Positions 1-7,460 of a DNA stretch of 10,706 nucleotides are shown here, one piece after another (the stretch's first letter is position 1; each line of letters begins with the position of its first letter). This stretch comes from Paramoeba atlantica (taxonomy: Eukaryota; Protista; Discosea), in assembly GCA_977017575.1 (NCBI GenBank), contig CDRNVI010000237.1, forward strand, positions 1 to 10,706, in the 5' to 3' direction. A model generated the notes under the pieces. It worked only from the letters and a program-made list of their open reading frames with translations. It ran no database searches and was not told the origin of the DNA. Position numbers and translations under genes: made by a program.

Positions 1-152
1 TATCGCTTCAGCACACGTTCGCACCGTTTGTTCCATAACTTTATCGCAGCGCCATTGATCTTTGCTTTCCTTTTCCGAGAGAAAGACTCTGCCAAGATTC
101 GAGAGTATACGTGAATAAACCCCGATGTAAAAAGTCCCGTTGCTGTTTCCAT
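1..152 (-). CDS. Possible 5' end of an unidentified protein gene, truncated by the window edge (METATGLFTSGFIHVYSRILAESFSRKRKAKINGAAIKLWNKRCERVLKR...)
   Basis: ATG at 152-150 is the first ATG after an in-frame TAA (167-165). The frame stays open for 50 codons to base 1. Same strand as the other genes. No recognisable motif; not in the ORF track. Confidence 0.35.
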   Translation of the reverse strand, partial: METATGLFTSGFIHVYSRILAESFSRKRKAKINGAAIKLWNKRCERVLKR

Positions 153-424
153 GTGCCGAAAACGTTAAGACAAGTATATACAAGTATGTACGTTTATGAG
201 TAAACTTAAAGCCATTTCTTTGGGGAAGGGGTTATTGTCCCCTTTCCAGTGTTTAATGAAAATAGTGTTTTGATGAAAAATTCAACACTTTGAAAGTGAA
301 AACTCCAAAGCTAAAAAGGAGTCATCTTATTCTCCTTAGTGTCATCACGACGCCTGTCAATAGGAAACGGATTGTATAGATCAATAAACGTGTATTGTAC
401 AGTGTATAGATCTCACGTATTTAC

Positions 425-2452
425 TCATGCATGCTCTTCTTTTGTGAAGCCTTTTCTATTGGCCGTAATGGTGAACAAGACTGGGTCATTTCGATGGCGA
501 CGCCTTTGACAATTGTCGCACATTAGAGCACGAGGCTGATGCCGCATGCCACACTCTCTACATTTCCACATGCCTCCATGTTCAATATCAGTCAACGAGC
601 CTCGATACTCTTTTGAATAAAAGGACTTCAAGGTTCTACATCGATGACAACTGGTATTAAGAGGTAGATTCGTATACTTACAGAGCTCACAGATCCAGGG
701 AAGTCCTGCATACTTCTGATCCGTTGCGTTGGAATGAACGTCCTCGGCCCATTCGACGCTGTCATGATCTCTTGTTTCCCTAAGAGGGAAAGCAGAAGTT
801 ATATGGCGATGAGTGGTGCGATCATATGTTTCACCCGACATTATATCTACTAACGGAACGGTTGACCATGAGCGGGAGCTGCGATCTGAAACGTGCTCTT
901 CTTCCTGTCTTAAGATATCTGCCATATAGTTCATCGCTTTGGAAAGGGCAATGCTGAAAGTGTCATGAAGATCTGGTATGTTTTGCATTATTATGGGCCG
1001 CCTGGGCAAAAGTAATGATCGTAACTGTTGGAGAAACTCCACCCCCGCGCTATCGACGAGAGTGATACTAAAGCCGGATCGAAACGCTCGAGCTGTTCGC
1101 CCGCAGCGATGCAAGTACGTTTTGGCATCTGTAGGCACGTCATAATGTACAACGTATAGTACACGCTGGTCAAAATCAATTCCCCGACTCAGCAAATCTG
1201 TCGTAAGAACTATCTGAAATTTGTCAGCGGAAAGAAGAGAGTGTTGCTTGCCGCGATCTCGGTTTGAAGTGCGGTGAGAAAATTCACAGCTAGCAAATCC
1301 AAATATTCTCAGAAGGCAATGAAGTCGATGAGACCGTCTTCTAGAAGAGCAAAAAACAATTAGCAAATCTCCAGCCGCGAGAGGAGCAAAGTGCGTTTCC
1401 TTACGTTCGATACGTGAATCAGACTCAAAGTGTTGCTGTTCACATTTTAGTACCAGCAAAAGTGAACACAATGTATTAATCTTGACATCCTCATCAGTTT
1501 CTATGAAATGCTCAATCAATTCGGGCGGGAGCACTAGATCCAATGAATCACGCACATGCACGTCATCAAAGTTTTCTTTTTTTGACGTTATATTTTCCGT
1601 GGGCTCCATTGAACAGGGTGTACGCGGCTCCATTTTTTCGTAATTGCAGCGCGCTGGCGCATCGCTTTGTTTGTGAATACCTGTTCTTAGAGTAGAAGTA
1701 CATAAAGGACTATCTAACATAAAAGGATTTACCGGATAAATGTTAAATTCATACGCTAGTTGTACGTTAAACGTAGCACTACAAAAAACCTTGTGTAAAG
1801 GAGGTGCGAGCGGTAATCGATTTGTGGACTTAACAATATCGTGCAACGCCAGAGCATTTGAGAAAGATAGGAGAGCGTCAGCTTCGTCAAAGACCAAAAA
1901 TCGAGTACGACGTAAGAGATCAGGGATAATTTCCAAATGCTCTTGAAGCCGTTGCGGAGTGGCGATAACAATATGAGCATGAAAATTGGCGTTTACTCGA
2001 TTCCATAGTTTATGGTGATCTGGATGATTTTTAATTTTTTTAGATGACACTCCCTGGTAAGGATGCTCTGAATGCCCCGAGAGAAGCACTCCTTCGTCTT
2101 CCAGTGGGTGAAATCCGTTTATGAGGGCAACACGTATGGGTAATGAAGCGCAAAGTTTTATAAACACATGGTAGGTCTGATTAGCCAAATCCTTAGTGGG
2201 TAGAAGTACTACAGCCTGAACGTAATATTGGAATCGTTTCCCGAGATACTTTGCTATTGGGAGTGCATAACACAATGTTTTTCCAGATCCAGTGGGAGAG
2301 GATAGGCAAATATCGCTACAATGTTCTTGTACTGCGCAGTTGTGTAAGTGGTCCAAGGTCAGGTCTTGAATCGCAAAAAGTGATTTAATCCTAAATTCTT
2401 TGCGCAAAGCAGTTTCAATGGCTTGGGGAAGCTTATCCTTCGAGGAAAACAT
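425..2452 (-). CDS. DDX51: DEAD-box ATP-dependent RNA helicase, DDX51/Dbp6-like, with two C-terminal RanBP2-type zinc fingers
   Basis: Complete motif set: Q (FAIQ), I (SPTGSGKT), Ia (PTKDLANQ), Ib (TPQRL), II (DEAD), III (SAT), IV (LIVFCSS), V (TDLLSRGID), VI (HRCGRTAR). PTxDLA, the long insert before motif Ib and GRTARA fit DDX51/Dbp6; the subfamily call is less certain than the family call. The track start at 2476 is a TTG; first ATG is 2452 (MFSSKDK). Stop TGA 427-425. Confidence 0.9.
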   Translation of the reverse strand: MFSSKDKLPQAIETALRKEFRIKSLFAIQDLTLDHLHNCAVQEHCSDICLSSPTGSGKTLCYALPIAKYLGKRFQYYVQAVVLLPTKDLANQTYHVFIKLCASLPIRVALINGFHPLEDEGVLLSGHSEHPYQGVSSKKIKNHPDHHKLWNRVNANFHAHIVIATPQRLQEHLEIIPDLLRRTRFLVFDEADALLSFSNALALHDIVKSTNRLPLAPPLHKVFCSATFNVQLAYEFNIYPVNPFMLDSPLCTSTLRTGIHKQSDAPARCNYEKMEPRTPCSMEPTENITSKKENFDDVHVRDSLDLVLPPELIEHFIETDEDVKINTLCSLLLVLKCEQQHFESDSRIERKETHFAPLAAGDLLIVFCSSRRRSHRLHCLLRIFGFASCEFSHRTSNRDRGKQHSLLSADKFQIVLTTDLLSRGIDFDQRVLYVVHYDVPTDAKTYLHRCGRTARAFRSGFSITLVDSAGVEFLQQLRSLLLPRRPIIMQNIPDLHDTFSIALSKAMNYMADILRQEEEHVSDRSSRSWSTVPLVDIMSGETYDRTTHRHITSAFPLRETRDHDSVEWAEDVHSNATDQKYAGLPWICELCKYTNLPLNTSCHRCRTLKSFYSKEYRGSLTDIEHGGMWKCRECGMRHQPRALMCDNCQRRRHRNDPVLFTITANRKGFTKEEHA
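509..697 (-). other. Two RanBP2-type zinc fingers within the helicase C-terminus
   Basis: WICELCKYTNLPLNTSCHRC (697-638) matches W-x-C-x2-C-x3-N-x6-C-x2-C exactly. WKCRECGMRHQPRALMCDNC (568-509) has identical spacing with N replaced by H. Confidence 0.85.
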
Positions 2453-2585
2453 CAAAATAAGATATTGAATGTGCAAAAATGTAGGAGTGTACCTAAATCA
2501 TAATTACATGACATGTATTACGAGATATTCGGGATCGCTTACTTCGGTACATGACAGAACTAGACAGGTGTATTAAATGGATGTA

Positions 2586-2640
2586 CTGTCCCCCCCTATT
2601 TACTATTGAGTGCTCAACCCCCCTATTTAGTGTTGAATTT
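2586..2640. repeat. Left terminal inverted repeat plus an internal direct copy of its core
   Basis: TIR at 2586-2612, followed by CCCCCCTATTTAGTGTTGAATTT (2618-2640), which is identical (23/23) to 5258-5280. Confidence 0.8.
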
Positions 2641-2660
2641 GGGGTTTGGTGCGTATAGGT

Positions 2661-2848
2661 GCGGCGAAGCGGCGCTTAATTTTTTTCCACCATAACGTTT
2701 TTTTCTTATGTTTGCTTGTTATTTGTGATTGTTTACTCTCCCTCTCATTGATTTTTATAAATATAACTTATAGCAAAAATTAAAATGAAAATTTATAATT
2801 ATTTTTAAAAAATCAATGAGAACGCTTCCCAAGGATACTGATTTTTAC
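2661..2848. repeat. ~190-bp AT-rich direct repeat, copy 1, with internal inverted repeat
   Basis: 2711-2766 is identical to 3200-3255 (56 bp); 2809-2848 matches 3299-3338 at 39/40. Internal 14-bp IR TCTCATTGATTTTT (2743-2756) / AAAAATCAATGAGA (2808-2821). Begins near a GCGAAGC motif (2664-2670). Confidence 0.9.
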
Positions 2849-3150
2849 CGAAAGAGTCACCCTGCTTGATAGTTCTTCACTATCGCTACAACTCATAGGA
2901 CGTTGATCGAATAAATAAAACCTGGAGAAGTCTTCTGAAAAATCGAGAAATGTTAAAATGTGGAACTTTTTATTTTATAATTTTTAAAAATCTTTTCATT
3001 AATTAGACGAAAAGCGGATAAAATACAAAATAAAAACGTATCTCCGGTGTTCTCTGTGGTAATCTGAGTATGCCTGAAAAAACATTATCTAAAAACAAGT
3101 CTCGCAGCTCTTACAAGGATGGTCCCATTTTTCGTGAACGGGGTTGTAGG

Positions 3151-3338
3151 CGCCGCGAAGCGGCTATTAATTTTTTTTCAAAAACTTTTTTTCCTTATCT
3201 TTGCTTGTTATTTGTGATTGTTTACTCTCCCTCTCATTGATTTTTATAAATATAATTTATAGAAAAAACGAAAATTTATAAATTTATTTATATTTATTAA
3301 AATCAATGAGAAAGCTTCCCAAGGATACTGATTTTTAC
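3151..3338. repeat. ~190-bp AT-rich direct repeat, copy 2, with internal inverted repeat
   Basis: Offset 489-490 bp from copy 1. Internal IR 3232-3255 / 3288-3311 forms a 24-bp stem with 1 mismatch. Begins with the CCGCGAAGCGG mini-hairpin (3153-3163). Confidence 0.9.
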
Positions 3339-3490
3339 ATCGACTTTTTACATCCGTTCAGAAGTTTTAGTTCTGTTCCGGTAAGTAAACATAGAGTAAG
3401 TAATGAAAATGCGTCGAGAGAAGCGCTCTTTCTAACAACAAATTTATCTAAAAAAATAACTACTGGTGGTAAATAAATTTACGAAGGCTT

Positions 3491-4020
3491 TTACAAAACA
3501 AAGGGGTGATCAGCACTTTCAGGAGAAATCATGTCCTCTTCATTTTCTTCTGCTGCATCAAGAACCGGTATCACTGTAAACAGTTCGCTCGCCCGGCGAA
3601 TCGCTTCAAGGATGTTTTCTGGCTTATTTAGACTTTACGGCGAAATTCCGACCTTACTCCGCGCTTGAACATTAGCATACCTCTGCCGATTATCATTAAG
3701 GTGGGCGTACGTTTTGATAATACTGTCAAGAAGCTGTGCTTTGCTATTTTTGCTCCGATCGACCGAGTGTCACCGATTAGCTTTCCCTCAGTGTATTGAG
3801 TCTGACAGTATTTCAGTAAGGCCAAGATTAGGTAGTATAGTAGTTTTGGCTTCAAGCGGTTAAAGAGACCCACATCGCAAGGCTGAAGTCTTCATGTGCA
3901 CTTTTCTGGAATGTACACAATTCGCAACCATGAAAAAGTGTCTTCGTTGCGCGTGATAAGTACAGAGCGCGTGGTTTGTACAGAGCAGCAATCCAAGAGA
4001 AGAATCAAGGCAGTTTTTGT
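3491..4020 (-). pseudogene. pogo/Tigger-like (DDE_1 family) transposase remnant: C-terminal catalytic region and acidic tail
   Basis: Frame from 4020 reads TKTALILLLDCCSVQTT...LRIVYIPEKCT*RLQPCDVGLFNRLK, matching the DDE_1 motifs LLLLDxxxxH and P..CT..LQPLD.G.F..LK (D at 3993-3991 and 3876-3874; TGA at 3894-3892). After a frameshift near 3840-3780 it reads AQLLDSIIKTYAHL...VQARSKVGISP*SLNKPENIL...AAEENEEDMISPESADHPFVL* (stop 3493-3491). Confidence 0.8.
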
Positions 4021-4404
4021 TCAGTTTGTAAAATATGTCCCCCCACAGGGCTTTTATACAAATGTCCCACAGCGTTCATAAAGATGTATCCCCAACCGAG
4101 TGAAAAAAATACTACAATCATGGTTTTGAAAACAATACGCCGCGAAGCGGAGCGCTTTCTTTTGAGGGGAGGAGATTTCTTACCCCCCCTATCTAGAGGG
4201 GTGACTCTGGGTGGGAGCGCCTGGAAGCGCCAAGGACCTTTGTCTTAATTTTTCTTTTTACTTTTTCTTAATCTTATTAGCTTCAGTTAGAGGATGTGGT
4301 AATCATGTTGTTGGAAATGTTTAGCCAAGTTACAAGACTTTATCATGGTTTCGACCGCATAACATATTTTAGAATATTTTAGGGAGGTCATCCTCAGGTG
4401 TGGC

Positions 4405-4450
4405 GACCCCCCATTGTTTGATTTTTGTTTTCAATTTTGGACCAACGGAG
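4405..4450 (-). repeat. Dispersed 46-47-bp module, inverted copy of 6998-7044
   Basis: Reverse complement CTCCGTTGGTCCAAAATTGAAAACAAAAATCAAACAATGGGGGGTC aligns to 6998-7044 at 39/47 by hand; weaker similarity continues to about 4507 / 6940. Confidence 0.75.
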
Positions 4451-4539
4451 CCGTTTTTTATCTTTTTGACACATGGTAGGCTAACTATGGAGTGTTCATT
4501 GTCACTGGTGAGGCTTCCCACATATCGCTCTTCGCCGCT

Positions 4540-4693
4540 CTCCTCGGCGCCCCCTGGCCGCCCTCCTCGCCTGCCGTCTTGGCCTGCCCTCTTCGCCCCC
4601 ACTCTTGGCCATCCTCCTGACCACTCAATTCGCCCCCCTGCCACGCCCTCTTCGCACCTTCCTTCACCCATGCGCCGCCCGCCTGACCACTCA
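4540..4693. repeat. C-rich (G-rich on minus strand) degenerate tandem tract, period about 59-66 bp
   Basis: GCCCTCTTCGC at 4586 and 4645; CCTGACCACTCA at 4616 and 4682; strong strand skew. Confidence 0.6.
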
Positions 4694-5175
4694 TGAGGAA
4701 AGTCCGGTCTTCTTGTATGATTGAGGGTTTCGACTCTCTCGTGTTAAAAGATCACGCTTCGCGTGGAGAACCGGTAGCGCGACCTATGCGTGAAGTAGGA
4801 AGCCAGAGCTCTTCGGAGCCAACTGGCTTGACTCACACGCACAGACACACGCACGCTAGTGAAGCGACCTAGGAGAGCCTTGCGTCCCCGTACTCGGGCG
4901 GATCCCGAGAGCCGGAGTGGTACTTGCGGCGCTTGCATGAGGGTATTGCGGGCGCTCTTGTTACCAACAAAAACAACAACAATTTACGACATTCATCTCT
5001 TGTTGACGCAGTGCAAAATGCCTTATTACCGGGACCGAACGATAGCCGCGGTCCAATCTGCCACTTCCTTGGACAAAATTTTAGAAAATAAAAAAGTGTA
5101 CCCCCCATGTCCCCACATAGGGGGGTTTACGTTGCTAATCCTCAAATTACCAAGTCCGAACTCCACAGAAGTTCA

Positions 5176-5210
5176 CTGGAAGCGCCTAAAAGCGCCTAGA
5201 AGCGCCTGGA
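5176..5210. repeat. 10-bp microrepeat (AGCGCCTRRA) x3.5
   Basis: CTGGA AGCGCCTAAA AGCGCCTAGA AGCGCCTGGA; a related AGCGCCTGGAAGCGCC occurs at 4216-4231. Confidence 0.8.
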
Positions 5211-5229
5211 TAGGAGTCACCCCTCAAGA

Positions 5230-5340
5230 GTCCTACACCCAAATCAAATTACTGTCCCCCCCCTATTTAGTGTTGAATTTTTCGGAATTTCACTCAACAC
5301 TAAATAGGGGGGGGACAGTAATTTGATTTGGGTATAGGAC
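5230..5340. repeat. 111-bp near-perfect palindrome (47-bp arms, 17-nt spacer) spanning the right transposon end
   Basis: Arms 5230-5276 and 5294-5340 are reverse complements with one mismatch (5236/5334); both carry an 8-nt C/G run. Confidence 0.95.
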
Positions 5341-6012
5341 AAAGATAAATCTAACACATAACTCATGTATATGCACAAATCCAACACGAAACTTAACTTT
5401 GCGCAAGAATAACACGTGATTTAATGAAGATTTGGTGGTAGAGTTTAGGGTGAACTTAATACGGAAGCTTTTTGAAGTCTAGAAACCACGCTCCGACCAG
5501 ATCGCTGGATAAAGCTAAAGAACGGCTCGGAGTTTACTCGAGTCAACATCTCCGCGGAAGAAATACTTTCTCCTAGTCCTATCATGAGCGGAGGATTATC
5601 CGATTATGTATCTTAGATACAGGATTATGGACATCTGTACCAGGGACAGAGATTTGCGATCTAGGTACTACCTAGAAATATTTTTTTGCCGAAATATCAT
5701 AAACTAATAATTTTTTGTTAAAACAAATCTCATTTCTATGGAGCCAAAGACAGCGCATTCTGACTAGTTATTCGTGGTTCTCTTGTCAGAGTCACGTATT
5801 ATGCAAAACAAATCAGTCAAGAAGCTCGCATGACGCTCTCAAGACGTTTGTCCCAAAAATCACGAACGGGGTTGTACATGTAGCAGTAATTAGAAGAGTA
5901 TCATTAGTAACGCGTAGTAGCTAAAGGTTCCGCTTGATCCCTCGAGACCAGTCCTCAACCTTCATTTATCGAAAATTGTTTTGGTGAATTTTACCATCCG
6001 CTCTATTTTTTT

Positions 6013-6852
6013 TTATTGTGATGCATCAAAAATTGTGATGTAGCAGTGTTTCAAAAATGAGCGTGCTGTGCAGGGAAAATCACTTTCAGGTGCATTGAAG
6101 AAGACACAGTTGGCAACTAGCCGCAAAATGCAAAGAAGTAATTTGGATATGGTATCTATATTTCCATGTTCGATTTCTCTACGTATGCTAGAAAGGTCGA
6201 TCGGACGCAAAACAGTGTTGCTATATGGACCAGCGAACGCACCTCCGTACGTCATTAAAACGCTGGATTCAACTGGATAAAGAAAAACACCGCTGCCCGG
6301 AAATGTACAGCATACATCTAAACAGTGCAAAAGTTTTGACTGAAAGACTGGACGAAAGACTCGCTCTTGTTTAGGGTGCGAATTCGCATCCATTCCCCGC
6401 GCTTGTCTTTTTTTCCGGAACCATTCTCGGGTCAACGAGATGTTAAAAGTAGGATCACTTGACGAGTCTTTAATAATGCTTTGTAATGCTGGTGCATTAG
6501 GAATAAATGTGTAGGCATCTAATGCTTTATCCAAGGAGCCAAAGTGAGATGTCGCTCTAGAAAGGTAGCTCGTGAGAACTTTGACGCTCATAAAAATTCC
6601 TGTGATAGAGTACAACATGGCAGCAATCTCTAGGGTATGGTCACTGCACTCTGCCGTATCAAATGATTCAGCTCCTGTAGCTTTTACAATTGAAAAAAGC
6701 GTTAAATTGAACACGTCATCAATCAAGAGCTCTGGTAGTGAAGTTTCCCAGAATACATTTTTCACGTCGTGCATTTCAGAATAATCTCTATGGCTTCGAC
6801 CAATATTGGAACTAATAAAGGAAAATAATTTAGAACCCACTCGAGAAATCAT
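6013..6852 (-). CDS. 279-aa protein with a C-terminal bromodomain and an unrecognised N-terminal half
   Basis: Bromodomain signature: FLYPV (190-194), PY..TVLRPIDLSSIRREI (209-227), RLVANCVFFNAPES with the conserved Asn at 253. ATG 6852, stop TAA 6015-6013. Confidence 0.85.
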   Translation of the reverse strand: MISRVGSKLFSFISSNIGRSHRDYSEMHDVKNVFWETSLPELLIDDVFNLTLFSIVKATGAESFDTAECSDHTLEIAAMLYSITGIFMSVKVLTSYLSRATSHFGSLDKALDAYTFIPNAPALQSIIKDSSSDPTFNISLTREWFRKKRQARGMDANSHPKQERVFRPVFQSKLLHCLDVCCTFPGSGVFLYPVESSVLMTYGGAFAGPYSNTVLRPIDLSSIRREIEHGNIDTISKLLLCILRLVANCVFFNAPESDFPCTARSFLKHCYITIFDASQ

Positions 6853-6997
6853 AACTATGGCTCTACACTATAGCTGCTTATTGCGGTGGTTGTATAACTA
6901 CCGCTCTACCCTCGATTATTGAAAAAAAGTGAACAAAAGCAGTGAAAATATAAAGAGGAACACAGTAATATACTATAGAAAAAAATATAAAAGGGGT

Positions 6998-7044
6998 CTC
7001 CGGTGGTCCAAAACTGAAAAGAAAATTAAAAAAAATGTGGGGTC
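6998..7044 (+). repeat. Dispersed 47-bp module, inverted copy of 4405-4450
   Basis: CTCCGGTGGTCCAAAACTGAAAAGAAAATTAAAAAAAATGTGGGGTC; 39/47 identity to the reverse complement of 4405-4450. Confidence 0.75.
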
Positions 7045-7179
7045 CAGAGGGGCGGGTCCAGGGCGGGGGGGCAGAGGGTGGTCCAGGGGGGGGCAGGGGG
7101 GAGTGGCAGGGGGGGCCCAGGGGTGAGGTCGAAGGGGGTGTCCAGGGGGGGCAGGGGGGACAGGGGCGGGTCGAGGGGG
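7039..7179 (+). other. G-rich island with 16 runs of 3-8 G; G-quadruplex-capable
   Basis: 16 G-tracts counted in 141 bp with short loops. Internal repeat GTCCAG(G)nCAGGGGGGA at 7081 and 7140 (59-bp offset). G4 formation is a prediction. Confidence 0.75.
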
Positions 7180-7460
7180 CACAGCATGAGTGATTTCTAA
7201 GTTGAAAACAGCCACCGAGTTTAACGAAGACATTAAAAAAGAAAATTATATACTATTATCTCAACGAAACTGCAAAAAATCACAGCAAAATGTTTTCTGT
7301 AGTAAACGTCAAAACTGGTTACAAAAATAACTGCTGAAGCAAACTCTGTAAAGTGGGGAGGACAGCTGCGCATGCAGAGTATTCTCTCCGTTTCGATAGA
7401 CATCCTTTAGAACTCATGAAAAATGGCAAGGATCGGAAGGTGCGCAGAAAACTCGACGTT

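Larger units (their letters stand above)
2586..5318 (-). mobile_element. Decayed Tc1/mariner-superfamily (pogo-like) DNA transposon, 2733 bp, TA-flanked
   Basis: Left end TA|CTGTCCCCCCCTATTTACTATTGAGTG (2586-2612). Right end read inward TA|CTGTCCCCCCCCTATTTAGTGTTGAGTG (5318-5291). They differ by 2 mismatches and one C in the homopolymer. TA at 2584-2585 and 5319-5320. Encloses a DDE_1-type transposase relic. Confidence 0.7.

Noticed and set aside
1-21. Peptide YRFSTRS at 1-21 (+) is identical to 4776-4756 (-) with different codons
   Set aside because: A rough estimate gives on the order of one 7-aa match by chance among six frames of 10.7 kb. The similarity does not extend, and the opposite strand at 1-152 is the better gene candidate.
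991-1980. Short ORFs overlapping the helicase, and similarly 6068-6280, 6572-6784, 7524-7874, 7606-7866, 7673-7894 and 7319-7606
   Set aside because: They are antisense or alternative-frame shadows of well-supported genes and carry no motifs.
2453-2514. TTG start at 2476, or a short 5' intron using the ATG at 2514
   Set aside because: The context is eukaryotic and the ATG at 2452 already precedes the Q motif. An upstream exon cannot be supported without transcript data.
4369-4696. Gly-rich and Pro-rich ORFs (4369-4671, 4400-4696, 4485-4694; likewise 6929-7126 and 6973-7233)
   Set aside because: These are by-products of G/C-skewed low-complexity tracts, which lack stop codons in several frames.
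4744-4938. ORF as the transposase HTH (ASWLRR...RFSTR resembles AS.GWL.RF..R)
   Set aside because: Position and strand fit the element, but the match is too weak to call by eye, so it is not listed as a feature. A PF03221 HMM search would decide it.
5607-5676. Short palindromes TGTATCTTAGATACA and TCTAGGTACTACCTAGA
   Set aside because: Stems of 6-8 bp in AT-rich intergenic DNA are near chance expectation, with no supporting context.
4405-7044. Inverted 47-bp modules as TIRs of a Pack-MULE-like element capturing the bromodomain gene
   Set aside because: The flanks (AGGTGTGGC vs CAGAGGGGC) are not a target-site duplication. The left copy lies inside the pogo-like element and the right copy outside it. 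Better explained as dispersed repeats.
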